A stretch of DNA of 64,000 nucleotides from Candidatus Enterousia sp. (GCA_045613785.1 JAZLBQ010000004.1:74039-138038), one strand, 5' to 3'. Positions 37,468 through 47,793 are shown, counted from the first letter of the stretch. Numbers and translations are program-made. Notes: generated by a model not told the origin, from the letters alone.

Positions 37468-38991
37468 ATGAAGGCAAGGTCAATTCTATTTTTATCGGGG
37501 ATTTTTGCACCGTTTGCGGCGTTTGCTGCGAACGAAGGTGTGCCTGCGTATTATCAAACATCGTCTGCCCCGACAGCAAATCAGGTTGCTTATGGCCAAT
37601 ATGCGGATCAAGGATATACAAGATACGTTGGTAAATCTGGGAATAAACAGGTTGTTGGCTCACGTTCTTATTCATATCAGGTTCCACGTCCGCAAGTTCA
37701 AGAGCCAACATTTGTCGGCACAATGACGGCGAACGGCATTGCGATGCCTGCGGAAATGGAACCAAAAACCGCAATGTATCTTGGGTATTCTCGTCGTTTT
37801 TCTGATTTTGAATTTGAAACAGGTGTAAATTCTATACTTGAATGGGACGACATGGTTTGGAATGAAATCCATGTTGGTGCCCATCATAATTTTACACTGC
37901 GTAATTTTGATTTGTCTTTCTATGGCGAATATGTCTATGGTCAAATGTCGCACGGTGGTCTGTCAATGGACTATGACCTTAAGCCGTTTGATATGTCTGA
38001 TCCAGGCTATGGAATTTTTACAATTTCTATGGGTGATCAATCTGGTCGCAGTAATTATTTTCGTTTTGGCGTGTCTGCCCACCACATCTGGGATGTAGGT
38101 GGTTGGAAATTGTCGCCAACATTTGGTTATGAGATATTTAAGCATAACCTGGAAATGTCCAATCATTATTATCCAAACCCTGGAATTTATCTGCCTTTGA
38201 TGACGGATCAGGGATATTATGTGTATGGAAATGAATTGGGTGAATATTTTTCTGTTCCAATTGGTGCGACACCTCCCGAAGATTGGTATCAAGTGTGCAT
38301 GTCGCCAGAAGATATCAAAGTTGTAACAAATGCATCGTCTGGTGCAACTGTCGAAGGATTTCCTTACTTGGGCAATTCATTGGTGACCGGCGATTATGAA
38401 ATTGCAATGGGTGATATTCCATGGGGTGTAAACGCAGGCGAATGTGTAATTATTGGTGGTGATGGTCCAATCGTTGTCGAAGGAACAACTCACGAATACA
38501 ACACGACTTGGTCTGGATTTTATGTTGGTCTAGAAGCGGAAAAGCAAATGACCCTAAAAGACAAGTTGCGTTTTTATGTTCAGTTTGGATTGCCAAAGTA
38601 TTCGTCTGAAGGTATCTGGCCAAATCGCACAGATTGGCAACAGAACCCAAGTTTCTTGGACGAAGGCAGCAATGGTGCATATTCATACATTGCGGAAATG
38701 GAATATAATTATCGTTTATCTGACCGCCTGCAGTTTGCATTAAAGGTTGACACAAACCTGTTCCATGTTGGCCAGATTCCTGGGGAATTATACATTGCTG
38801 AATACAGCCAGTATGTAATTGATGAAAACGGTCAGTATGTTATGGAAGAAGTCTTTGATGACTATGGCAATGTATATTACGTTCCATTGTTGGAAACAGT
38901 TCCAGCCCACACAGAAAAAGTGTCAGAGTCATTAAAGCATGCAACCTGGCAGTCGTTTGGTTTGCATTTGGGCTTTAAATATTCATTTTAA
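37468..38991 (+). CDS. Outer-membrane beta-barrel protein (omptin/Pom-like fold suspected) with large loop insertions
   Basis: Signal peptide, Tyr/Gln-rich N-terminal segment, SILEWDD, YNTTWSGFYVG, C-terminal LGFKYSF. Confidence 0.7.
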   Translation: MKARSILFLSGIFAPFAAFAANEGVPAYYQTSSAPTANQVAYGQYADQGYTRYVGKSGNKQVVGSRSYSYQVPRPQVQEPTFVGTMTANGIAMPAEMEPKTAMYLGYSRRFSDFEFETGVNSILEWDDMVWNEIHVGAHHNFTLRNFDLSFYGEYVYGQMSHGGLSMDYDLKPFDMSDPGYGIFTISMGDQSGRSNYFRFGVSAHHIWDVGGWKLSPTFGYEIFKHNLEMSNHYYPNPGIYLPLMTDQGYYVYGNELGEYFSVPIGATPPEDWYQVCMSPEDIKVVTNASSGATVEGFPYLGNSLVTGDYEIAMGDIPWGVNAGECVIIGGDGPIVVEGTTHEYNTTWSGFYVGLEAEKQMTLKDKLRFYVQFGLPKYSSEGIWPNRTDWQQNPSFLDEGSNGAYSYIAEMEYNYRLSDRLQFALKVDTNLFHVGQIPGELYIAEYSQYVIDENGQYVMEEVFDDYGNVYYVPLLETVPAHTEKVSESLKHATWQSFGLHLGFKYSF

Positions 38992-39008
38992 AAATAATGG
39001 GGGCTGTT

Positions 39009-40055
39009 ATGCATAAAGTATCAAAGTGGCTGATTGCAGCGACATTTTGTGTGCCGTTTGTTGCACATGCAGAACGTGGTTCGTTTGATGTAGAGCGTTG
39101 GTATGCCTTGCAGGATTCTGTGCGTTCTCGTGCGGCATCTGAAAACATATCAGAAGAAATGATATCTTCGACCTTACGCAGTCCTGCCTTTATTCCATCG
39201 ATTGTTCGCAGTGACAAGAATCAATCTGAATTCAAATTGACATTGGACGGTTATCTTGAACGCACGGTCAATCAAACACGTATTGCAACAGGTCGTCGTA
39301 TGCGTGCAACATATCCAACGATGTTATCACGTGTTGAAAACAAATTTGGTGTTCCTCCGCACATTATATTGGCATTTTGGGGTATGGAATCAAACTATGG
39401 TGCAGTCAAGGCACGCCATAAATTGACAGATGCTTTTTTTACATTGATGTATGATGGTCGTCGTGAAACATTTTTTACAAACCAGTTGATTGCACTGATG
39501 AAGATTGCAGATAAAAACAGTCTGGATATCAATGGGATTTCTGGGTCTTGGGCTGGTGCGATGGGGCATTTTCAGTTTATTCCAACAACATTGGCACAAT
39601 ATGGTGTTGATGGCAATTCTGACGGTCGTGTTGATATAATAAATAATATTGCCGATGCGATGTTCAGTGCCGGCAATTATCTGAGCAAATTGGGCTGGAA
39701 TAAAAACGAGCGAATAGTTCGTCGTGTTATTTTGCCTGCTGATTTTGATTTGTCGTTGCTGGACGGCAAGACAAAGTTGACATTACCCCAGTGGTCATCA
39801 ATGGGTGTGGTAAATCCAGATGGTAGTCCGATTCCACAAAATGATTTAACGGCGGGTCTTGTTGCAGATGTTGCAGCGATTGATGTGGCTCGTTCAGCTG
39901 CAGCCTCAACAACGGCAGGATTAGATGCGGATATTGCACCGATGCCTGTTATAACGGCATATTTGACCTATCCAAATTTTTATAGAATCAAGAAATGGAA
40001 TAATTCAAATTGGTATGCGATTGCGATTGCGAATCTTGCTGACGAATTGCACTAA
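39009..40055 (+). CDS. Lytic murein transglycosylase (MltB/SLT_2 family)
   Basis: WGMESNYG, GSWAGAMGHFQFIP, DGNSDGRVD, YLSKLGW, WNNSNWYA; alternative start 38997. Confidence 0.92.
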   Translation: MHKVSKWLIAATFCVPFVAHAERGSFDVERWYALQDSVRSRAASENISEEMISSTLRSPAFIPSIVRSDKNQSEFKLTLDGYLERTVNQTRIATGRRMRATYPTMLSRVENKFGVPPHIILAFWGMESNYGAVKARHKLTDAFFTLMYDGRRETFFTNQLIALMKIADKNSLDINGISGSWAGAMGHFQFIPTTLAQYGVDGNSDGRVDIINNIADAMFSAGNYLSKLGWNKNERIVRRVILPADFDLSLLDGKTKLTLPQWSSMGVVNPDGSPIPQNDLTAGLVADVAAIDVARSAAASTTAGLDADIAPMPVITAYLTYPNFYRIKKWNNSNWYAIAIANLADELH

Positions 40056-40058
40056 GAA

Positions 40059-40086
40059 GGTCCCCACTAAAAGTGGGGCTTTTTTT
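40059..40086 (+). terminator. Intrinsic terminator
   Basis: CCCCACT-AAA-AGTGGGG followed by T tract. Confidence 0.75.
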
Positions 40087-40172
40087 GTTATTGGTCAATA
40101 TAAATAAAATCGTTGAATATTAGGCATTTGTTTGATATTCTTTTCCCATAGGTTTTATACAAGGATATATTT

Positions 40173-41129
40173 ATGGCAATTAAAATTCGTGATTTCGAGG
40201 TAAGACTTACGCGAAACAAAGAAGAAAGAAAGCAGGTTCGTCAATTACGCTATCAGGTGTTTTGCCTGGAAGAGGGGGCATCCGCTACCGAGGAACAACG
40301 TGCCTTGGGCGAAGAATATGATTCATACGACCGCTTTGCGGAATATATGGCGGTTTTTCATCAGGGACGTGTTGTTGGGACATACCGTATAATTGATCGC
40401 CGTGCTGCGGAAAAGATGGGTGGTTTCTATACTGAAAATGAGTTTAATATATCCAAGATAAAAAAATACCATGGCAATATTGCGGAAATGTCCCGTGCAT
40501 GCGTTGACGCTGCTTACCGTGAAAACGCACTTGTTATGCGTATGTTGTGGGCAGGGTTGGGCGAATTGATTGTCCGTCGCAAGATTGGTGTTTTATTTGG
40601 AGTTGCGTCATTTGTTGGGACTAAACCGGCACGTTCTGCCCAGGCAATATCATATCTGTATTACAATCATTTAACACCGCTGCGTTTGCGTGCAACAGTG
40701 TTGTCTGAAAAGTTTGATGAAGGTGTAAATCCAAAATTGGCACGTATGAACATTTTGCCACGTGAATTTGTTGATGCAGCTGACGCTAAATCAGAAATGA
40801 CCCCATTGATAAAGGGTTATTTGCGTCTGGGCGCAACATTTGGTCGTGGTGTGTTTGTTGATGCACCGTTCAATTCGTATGATGTATTTGTAATGATTGA
40901 AACACGTAAAATGGACGCTGCGTATCAAAAGCATTTCTTGGGGCGTGAAAATGCGTTGGGCGACCCTAATGAAGACAAAGAGAACATTATCAAGACTGTT
41001 GGAAAAATAATGACGTTCCCTGTTGTTGGACCGTTCAAGGTTGTGCGTGCATTTGTTGACTTCTTGTTGCGTGAAGATGCTGCTGACGTTGAATACATCG
41101 AAGACAGTGAAAAAACCGAAGAACAGTAA
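40173..41129 (+). CDS. olsB: GNAT-family N-acyltransferase, OlsB-like (ornithine lipid synthesis)
   Basis: LRYQVF, VGTYR, FYTENEF, EMSRACV, LFGVASF, PLIKGYLRLGA; adjacent to an acyltransferase. Confidence 0.8.
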   Translation: MAIKIRDFEVRLTRNKEERKQVRQLRYQVFCLEEGASATEEQRALGEEYDSYDRFAEYMAVFHQGRVVGTYRIIDRRAAEKMGGFYTENEFNISKIKKYHGNIAEMSRACVDAAYRENALVMRMLWAGLGELIVRRKIGVLFGVASFVGTKPARSAQAISYLYYNHLTPLRLRATVLSEKFDEGVNPKLARMNILPREFVDAADAKSEMTPLIKGYLRLGATFGRGVFVDAPFNSYDVFVMIETRKMDAAYQKHFLGRENALGDPNEDKENIIKTVGKIMTFPVVGPFKVVRAFVDFLLREDAADVEYIEDSEKTEEQ

Positions 41130-41131
41130 AA

Positions 41132-41950
41132 ATGGCAAAATTGCGTAAACAGAATATTTTTAACACAACGACTGCGGCAATTAAATTCTTGCTGTTCTGG
41201 GTGCTGGTTGTTGTCCAGTTACCAATAATAGTATTTATGCCACACAGTTTGGCGGTTCGCTATATGCCGATATTTATGTGGGGTTTGGTTCGGCTGTCTG
41301 GGGTAAAAATCGTAGTTCACGGAAAATTATCGGACAAGCGTCCATTGATGGTTGTGTCAAATCATATATCTGTGTTTGAAATTGCGACCTTTCCTTTTGC
41401 ATTTCGTGGCAGTTTTATTGCCAAAAAAGAAATGGAAAATTGGCCTTTGGTTGGTTGGGTTGCCAAGAAGTTTGGCGTTATATTCGTTGACCGTCGTCCA
41501 TCGCACGCCCACGATGCACTGGCTGTTGTGCAAAAAGCGGTTCAAACGGTTAAATATCCAATGATACTGTTTCCCGAAGGAACAACGACCAACGGTGCAT
41601 ATGTAAAGCCATTTAAAAGCACGCTGTTTAACTTTGTTGAAAATTCAAATGTGACGGTTCAGCCAATGGCAATGCACTATCGCTATCGGGACGGTTCTGT
41701 CATTGACGAACAGACATTGGCCGACCACTTTGCGTATTTTGATAATTCGAAAATGGAAACCGGCCCCAAATGCAAGCGTGAACGCAGTGCCTTTGGCCAA
41801 GTGTTTCACATAATGATGCTGGGTGGCTTTACGGTTGAAATTACATTGCTGCCACCACCGCCCCTGGCGGGGTTAAACAGAAAGCAGATTGCTGAAACAC
41901 TGCACACAATCGTTTCAGAAAAATATATGGAATTAAAAGATAAAAAATAA
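41132..41950 (+). CDS. Lysophospholipid acyltransferase family protein (OlsA/PlsC-like)
   Basis: SNHISVFE (NHxxxD/E), FIAKKE, FVDR, FPEGTT. Confidence 0.88.
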   Translation: MAKLRKQNIFNTTTAAIKFLLFWVLVVVQLPIIVFMPHSLAVRYMPIFMWGLVRLSGVKIVVHGKLSDKRPLMVVSNHISVFEIATFPFAFRGSFIAKKEMENWPLVGWVAKKFGVIFVDRRPSHAHDALAVVQKAVQTVKYPMILFPEGTTTNGAYVKPFKSTLFNFVENSNVTVQPMAMHYRYRDGSVIDEQTLADHFAYFDNSKMETGPKCKRERSAFGQVFHIMMLGGFTVEITLLPPPPLAGLNRKQIAETLHTIVSEKYMELKDKK

Positions 41951-41974
41951 TTAAGCAATAAAGAGATTTATAAA

Positions 41975-43255
41975 ATGAGAATTGAAAATTTATGTGTTCG
42001 TCGTCTGATTGGCGACGTTGCAGGTGCCACGACCCATGGTCACAAGATGGCGGTCAAAGGCGGTTATATTTACCAAACGTTTCAGGGTGGATACACCTTG
42101 TCACCATTGGGCTGGCGTGTTGTTCGTAATATTGAAAATATTATTCGCAGTGAAATGGACGGTATTGACGGCCAAGAAATCTTGATGCCTGTTGTTGCAG
42201 GGGCGGATATTTGGCGTGAAAGTGGTCGTTATGATACGGTCGATGTTCTGGCAAAGTTCAAGGGGCGTTCTGGTGCGGATTATGTCTTGAATCCAACCCA
42301 TGAAGAGGTTGTCGTTGACTATGTAAAGTCAGTTTTGGAAACATATCGTCAAATGCCATTTATGGTATATCAGATTCAAACAAAATTCCGTGATGAATTG
42401 CGTGTTCGTGCAGGCTTAATCCGCACACGTGAATTTATAATGAAGGATGCATATTCATTTCACGAAACGCAATCAGACCTAGAAAATTATTATAATCGTT
42501 GTCACGGTGCATACGAACGCATATTTGCCCGTTGTGGCCTGAAAAATGTTGTCAGCGTTTTGTCATCAACTGGCGATATGGGCGGCAGTGTTGCGCACGA
42601 ATTCCAACTGGTAAATGAAATGGGCGAAGACACAATATTCTTGTGCGATTGTGGGTATAGCACTAACAAGGAATTGGTCGATGAAGACACAGAAATTTGT
42701 CCAAAATGTGGTGCAAAATTGAACAAAGTTCGTGGAATTGAAATTGGAAATATTTTCCAACTTGGGACCAAGTATTCTGAATCTATGAACCTGACTTATA
42801 CCGCCCCGGACGGGGAATCCAAGCATCCCATAATGGGGTGTTATGGTATTGGTGTTGGTCGCACAATGGCGGCAATTATCGAAGAAAGTGCCGATGACAA
42901 GGGACCAATATGGAATGCAGCAACTGCGCCATTTATGGTCGAAGTTATTGGCTTGCCAGACAAGGACGGCAAGACATTGCCACTGGCAGAACAGGTTTAT
43001 CAAAATATTAAATCAGCAGGCATAGAAGTCTTGCTTGATAATCGTGATGCCCGTGCTGGCGAAAAATTTGCAGATGCCGATTTAGTTTCTGCGCCAATTC
43101 GTCTGATAATATCTGCCAAGAATTTGGAGAATAATGCAATAGAGGTTAAGTATCGTGTGAACGATGTTAATACATCTGGGATGAAAACGACATTTGGCTT
43201 GGATACATATATGTCAGAAACGGTTGATGCGATATTAAAATTACTAGGTAAATAA
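41975..43255 (+). CDS. proS: Proline-tRNA ligase, short form without INS editing domain
   Basis: PTHEE, QTKFRDE, REFIMKDAYSF, GIEIGNIFQLG, MGCYGIGVGR, anticodon domain GEKFADAD. Confidence 0.97.
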   Translation: MRIENLCVRRLIGDVAGATTHGHKMAVKGGYIYQTFQGGYTLSPLGWRVVRNIENIIRSEMDGIDGQEILMPVVAGADIWRESGRYDTVDVLAKFKGRSGADYVLNPTHEEVVVDYVKSVLETYRQMPFMVYQIQTKFRDELRVRAGLIRTREFIMKDAYSFHETQSDLENYYNRCHGAYERIFARCGLKNVVSVLSSTGDMGGSVAHEFQLVNEMGEDTIFLCDCGYSTNKELVDEDTEICPKCGAKLNKVRGIEIGNIFQLGTKYSESMNLTYTAPDGESKHPIMGCYGIGVGRTMAAIIEESADDKGPIWNAATAPFMVEVIGLPDKDGKTLPLAEQVYQNIKSAGIEVLLDNRDARAGEKFADADLVSAPIRLIISAKNLENNAIEVKYRVNDVNTSGMKTTFGLDTYMSETVDAILKLLGK

Positions 43256-43279
43256 AAACGGGGCATTGCCCCGTTTTTT
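43254..43279 (+). terminator. Intrinsic terminator after proS
   Basis: AAAACGGGGC-ATT-GCCCCGTTTT. Confidence 0.75.
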
Positions 43280-43319
43280 GTGATATAATATCCCCTGTAA
43301 TAAACAAGCGAGAGAGAAT

Positions 43320-44255
43320 ATGAAAATTTCAATTATTGGTCTGGGGTCGGTTGGCTCTGCGGTTGCCACAGCGGTTGCAAATACAGGGCTAGCAAATGAA
43401 ATAGTGTTGTTTGATCGTGATGGTGTTCGTGCACGTGCTGCTGCCGAAGATTTAGGGCATGCTGCGGCTTTTTCGTATGATGTAAAAATCACCGCAGTAA
43501 ACAATTATCGTTCAATTCGTGGTTCTGAAATTGTAATTATTGCTGCTGGTGCAAATCAACGTCCTGGTCAAACTCGCACGGATTTGTTGGCAGCAAATGC
43601 AGCCGTGATTTCAGATGTTGTTCCACGTGTTATGGCTAATGTTGACCCCAAGACTGTAAAGTTGATAATCGTCACAAATCCACTAGATGTTATGGTTATG
43701 CTGGCCCAGCGTCTGTCTAAATTGCCAGCGGGGCGTGTTATCGGCACGGGCACAATGTTGGACTCTGCACGCCTTCGCACGATATTGTCACGCCAGTTAT
43801 CTGTTTCAACCCAGTCAATAAATGCCTATGTTCTGGGCGAACACGGCGACAGCAGCATTGTTGCCTGGTCTTCGGCGTGTATTGGCGGTGTAGATTTGAA
43901 TACATTCTGTCGCCAGACAAAAATTAGTCTGCCCATGACAACTCGTCGCACCATAGAGCATCGTGTTCATAATGCTGCCTATGAAATAATCCAAGGTCGT
44001 GGTGCAACCTGGGACGGCATTGCCGGTGCGGTTGCAGACCTGGTTCGTTGTATTGTTCGTGATGAACACAGAATCGTGACTGTATCGATTGTTGATGGTA
44101 TTGGCACACGTGCGTTATCAATGTCATTGCCACGTATTGTTGGTTGTAGTGGTGTTATTGCAACGCTAATGCCGAAATTAGATTCCGAAGAAGCGTCTGC
44201 ATTGCGTCGCAGTGGAAAGATAATCAGAAAAAACTATGATTCAATACCAAAATAA
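43320..44255 (+). CDS. ldh: L-lactate dehydrogenase
   Basis: IIGLGSVG, AGANQRPGQTR (Gln specificity residue), VTNPLD, GTMLDSAR, GEHGDS. Confidence 0.88.
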   Translation: MKISIIGLGSVGSAVATAVANTGLANEIVLFDRDGVRARAAAEDLGHAAAFSYDVKITAVNNYRSIRGSEIVIIAAGANQRPGQTRTDLLAANAAVISDVVPRVMANVDPKTVKLIIVTNPLDVMVMLAQRLSKLPAGRVIGTGTMLDSARLRTILSRQLSVSTQSINAYVLGEHGDSSIVAWSSACIGGVDLNTFCRQTKISLPMTTRRTIEHRVHNAAYEIIQGRGATWDGIAGAVADLVRCIVRDEHRIVTVSIVDGIGTRALSMSLPRIVGCSGVIATLMPKLDSEEASALRRSGKIIRKNYDSIPK

Positions 44256-44283
44256 AAAAATCCCCAATTTGGGGATTTTTTTT
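44254..44283. terminator. Bidirectional terminator ldh/secG
   Basis: AAAAATCCCCA-ATT-TGGGGATTTTT. Confidence 0.8.
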
Positions 44284-44620
44284 AATTTGCACTTGGTGCT
44301 TCCGCAGGGGCTTGTTGTTCTGTTGCTGCTGCGGCTGCTTCCTGCTGAACAATTTCTTGACGCAGGTGGCTTTCCTGAACGGACATACCAGATTTTGCAG
44401 AAACCAAAGCCAACGCTGCACACAAAATAAAGAATATTGTCGCCAGCCAAGCGGTTGCACGTGTTAAAAAGTTTCCTGCTGCCGCCCCAGTCAACGCACC
44501 ACCAAACATAGATGCTGCACTAGAACCTGACATACCAGAGCCTTCAGATTTTTGTAATAAAATTAAACCAATCATCATAACGGCAACAATGACCAACAAA
44601 ACTAGTAAAATTGAAAACAT
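44282..44620 (-). CDS. secG: Preprotein translocase subunit SecG
   Basis: ILLQKSEGSG, NFLTRATAWLA, two TM helices. Confidence 0.95.
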   Translation of the reverse strand: MFSILLVLLVIVAVMMIGLILLQKSEGSGMSGSSAASMFGGALTGAAAGNFLTRATAWLATIFFILCAALALVSAKSGMSVQESHLRQEIVQQEAAAAATEQQAPAEAPSAN

Positions 44621-44652
44621 ATCTTATTCCTTGTGTTAAATACGCACCGATT

Positions 44653-45300
44653 TTAATTCGCAGAATCTGAAATTGCAAGGATTTTCAGCAATGCTTCTGC
44701 TGCGGCAACGCTAGCCCCTTTTTTTGAAGTGCCTTTTCCCGTTGCAGATTTTCCCATTGCACTAACCCGCACATTAAATACAGGGTTGTGCGATGCCCCG
44801 ACAGATTCCAAATATTCATAGACCGGCAACTTGCCAGAATCCATCTGTTGAACCAGTTCTTGCAACGTTGTTTTTGGGTCTTTTGGTGCAACTACATCAT
44901 TTGCCGCCAAATCACGCCAAATATCAACGATAATATTACTGGCAACGTCAATGCCAGCGTCCAGGTAAATTGCCCCCAGGATAGCCTCCATCGTGTTTGC
45001 AAGCATATGTTTGGTTCGACCTGCGGTCATATGTCCGTGTCGAACTTGCTTTTCCAGACCGATTTTTTGTGCGATTTCCCCCAGTGTTTCGGTTGAAACC
45101 AGCATCGCATGACGACGTGCCAATTCGCCTTCGGTTTCATTTGGATACATTTTATACAGCAACACCGCCACACTCAGTCCTAAAACACGGTCGCCAATAA
45201 ATTCCAAGCGTTCATTATTGTGGTTTGAATCAACACCGCTTTGGGTCAATGCCAAATCCAGCAACTGTTTGTCTTTGAAAGTATAATTTAGAATATCCAT
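44653..45300 (-). CDS. rnc: Ribonuclease III
   Basis: NERLEFIGDRVL, EAILGAIYLD, dsRBD DPKTTLQE. Confidence 0.97.
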   Translation of the reverse strand: MDILNYTFKDKQLLDLALTQSGVDSNHNNERLEFIGDRVLGLSVAVLLYKMYPNETEGELARRHAMLVSTETLGEIAQKIGLEKQVRHGHMTAGRTKHMLANTMEAILGAIYLDAGIDVASNIIVDIWRDLAANDVVAPKDPKTTLQELVQQMDSGKLPVYEYLESVGASHNPVFNVRVSAMGKSATGKGTSKKGASVAAAEALLKILAISDSAN

Positions 45301-45301
45301 A

Positions 45302-46180
45302 TTATTTTACACCCATTCCCCAGCGGTTCCACCGCATTTTATTTCCCCAGTTCCAAACAGACAACATTGGTGCGTAATAGTTGTGTGAATACCAAATAAA
45401 CCAAACGTTGCCCAATACATTATCACGTGGCACAAAACCAACATCGCCACGACTATCGCCACTGTTGTCACGATTGTCACCCATAAAGAAGAAATGATTT
45501 TCAGGCACAGTAAATACTTCTGTATCGTCAAAATAAGCATCGTCTGTCATTTCGATAATGCTGTGTTGAACGCCGTTTGGCAAAGTTTCTGTGTATTCCT
45601 TGCCATGGAAGACCCCGCACATACCGCTATACATATCACAGAAATTATCAGGTTTATATTCAATAGTATAGTTAAATTCTGCAGGCTTGTTATCAATCCA
45701 AATTTTATTTCCTTTGATAGACATATTGTCTTTGTAATATCCGACGCTACGCATAGACTTTGGCAAAGTTGCAATAATGTATGGTCGTTCATTTTCGCGT
45801 GGGACTTGAACGTCATTTATGTGCAAGCGACCATTTATCATTTGAATTTTATCACCAGGTTTACCAATCAATCGTTTTACATAGTCTTGTGATTCATTGA
45901 TAGGGTTTCTGAAAACCACGATATCGCCAACTTCTGGTTCTGTTGCCCAAAAGCGTCCGTCCCACATTTTCCATGAACCAAATGGGAACGAGTATCTGGA
46001 ATAACCATAAGACCACTTTTGAACAAAGATATGGTCACCAACATGCAGTGTTGGAATCATAGACCCAGACGGAATATTAAACGGTTCCAGCAAGAAGCTA
46101 CGAAAAACGATTGCGATAATCGCCCCATAAAATATAGTATTAAACCATTCACGTGCTGTATTTTTGTTTTTTGCTGGCAT
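45302..46180 (-). CDS. lepB: Signal peptidase I
   Basis: IPSGSMIPTL, YVKRLIG, MGDNRDNSGDSR. Confidence 0.97.
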   Translation of the reverse strand: MPAKNKNTAREWFNTIFYGAIIAIVFRSFLLEPFNIPSGSMIPTLHVGDHIFVQKWSYGYSRYSFPFGSWKMWDGRFWATEPEVGDIVVFRNPINESQDYVKRLIGKPGDKIQMINGRLHINDVQVPRENERPYIIATLPKSMRSVGYYKDNMSIKGNKIWIDNKPAEFNYTIEYKPDNFCDMYSGMCGVFHGKEYTETLPNGVQHSIIEMTDDAYFDDTEVFTVPENHFFFMGDNRDNSGDSRGDVGFVPRDNVLGNVWFIWYSHNYYAPMLSVWNWGNKMRWNRWGMGVK

Positions 46181-46251
46181 ATATCAAATCCTTTTCTTTG
46201 GCAACTATAATAGAACTTGCGGAAGTCTAATTCAAGTTATAATATACCGAT

Positions 46252-47769
46252 ATGATATCATTAAAGTCAATTATATTTCATGGCATTGATGCCACGCCTA
46301 TAGATGTTCAAGTTCAGTTGTCAACTGGTCTGTCAAAGCCAGAATTTAACATTATCGGTCTGGCGGACAGGGCGGTCAAGGAATCAGCCGAGCGTATTCG
46401 TAATGTTTTGTCTGCATTAAATTTGTCATTACCGCCAAAACGGTTGACGGTAAATTTGTCGCCAGCAGACGTTGAAAAAACAGGTTCTCATTTTGATTTG
46501 CCGATATTGTGTGGGATATTGTGTGCGATTGGTGTATTGCCGGACACGGAACTTGAAAAATACCTTATTTTAGGTGAAGTCGGACTAAATGGTGCTATTG
46601 TAAAAACTGATGCAGTCCTGCCTGCCAGTGTTTGGGCAAATGCGAATGGTCTGGGGATAATTTGTCCTGGCGATCAGGGGGCAGAGGCACGCTGGGCTGG
46701 CCACACAAATATATTAGCACCTTTTCATGTTCTTCAGTTGATAAATCATTTCAAGGGGACACAAACGTTGCCAGTGCCAGAATTGTTATCGATTGCAGAT
46801 GAGACGAACTGTGCCTTGGATATGTCCGAAGTTCACGGTCAATCTGCAGCCAAGCGTGCATTGGAAATTGCCGCAGCAGGTGGACATGCAATGTTGATGG
46901 TCGGGCCTCCAGGTTCGGGCAAGACAATGCTAGCATCGCGTCTGCCGACAATTATGCCCCAGATGACCCCGACCGAGGTTTTGGAAACCTCAACAATCTA
47001 TTCAATCGCAGGTCAGTTAAAATCAAATGGCTTGATGCGGAATCGTCCATTTCGCAGTGTTCATCATACGTCCAGTCCTGTTGCACTGGCAGGTGGCGGT
47101 TCGGATGCACGACCTGGTGAGATATCGTTGGCACATAATGGCGTTTTATTTTTGGACGAATTGCCTGAATTTAATCGTGCAACACTTGAAATATTGCGTC
47201 AGCCAATGGAATCTGGTCGTATATTGATTTCACGTGCTCGTCGTAATGCGACATACCCTGCACGTTTTCAGTTGGTTGCGGCAATGAATCCGTGTCCTTG
47301 TGGACATTTGGGAAATGCGGCACTGTCGTGTTCACGTGCTCCTCGTTGTGCTGAGGCATACCAGAACAAAATCTCTGGTCCATTGTTGGATAGGATTGAT
47401 TTGCATGTTGATGTTGACGCTGTAAAGCCTTGGGAAATGACAAATGATGATGAGGTTCGTGAAACCAGTGCTGAAATTAGGGCTCGTGTTGTAGCTGCAC
47501 GAACCCGCCAGTTAGAACGTCAAGGGTGTGTAAATGCCGCTTTGGACGGGGCGGAATTGGAACAGTATACAAAATTGACATTACAGTTATCAGAATTTTT
47601 GAATACAGCCGCCGAAAAAATGGGAATGTCTGCCCGTGGGTATAATCGTATAAAACGCCTGGCAAGAACAATAGCGGATTTGCGTGGTGCAACGGATATA
47701 GAGATGACCGACCTGACCGAGGCTTTGTCCTATCGGCCCATAAATCGTGGTAAATATGGTGTAAAATAA
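46252..47769 (+). CDS. comM: ComM/YifB Mg-chelatase-like AAA+ helicase
   Basis: VNLSPAD, GPPGSGKT, PGEISLAHNGVLFLDE, AMNPCPCG, SGPLLDRID. Confidence 0.95.
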   Translation: MISLKSIIFHGIDATPIDVQVQLSTGLSKPEFNIIGLADRAVKESAERIRNVLSALNLSLPPKRLTVNLSPADVEKTGSHFDLPILCGILCAIGVLPDTELEKYLILGEVGLNGAIVKTDAVLPASVWANANGLGIICPGDQGAEARWAGHTNILAPFHVLQLINHFKGTQTLPVPELLSIADETNCALDMSEVHGQSAAKRALEIAAAGGHAMLMVGPPGSGKTMLASRLPTIMPQMTPTEVLETSTIYSIAGQLKSNGLMRNRPFRSVHHTSSPVALAGGGSDARPGEISLAHNGVLFLDELPEFNRATLEILRQPMESGRILISRARRNATYPARFQLVAAMNPCPCGHLGNAALSCSRAPRCAEAYQNKISGPLLDRIDLHVDVDAVKPWEMTNDDEVRETSAEIRARVVAARTRQLERQGCVNAALDGAELEQYTKLTLQLSEFLNTAAEKMGMSARGYNRIKRLARTIADLRGATDIEMTDLTEALSYRPINRGKYGVK

Positions 47770-47793
47770 AAGGCAGATTTTTATCTGCCTTTT
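47768..47793. terminator. Bidirectional terminator overlapping the HTH-repeat gene stop
   Basis: AAAAGGCAGAT-TTTT-ATCTGCCTTTT. Confidence 0.75.
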
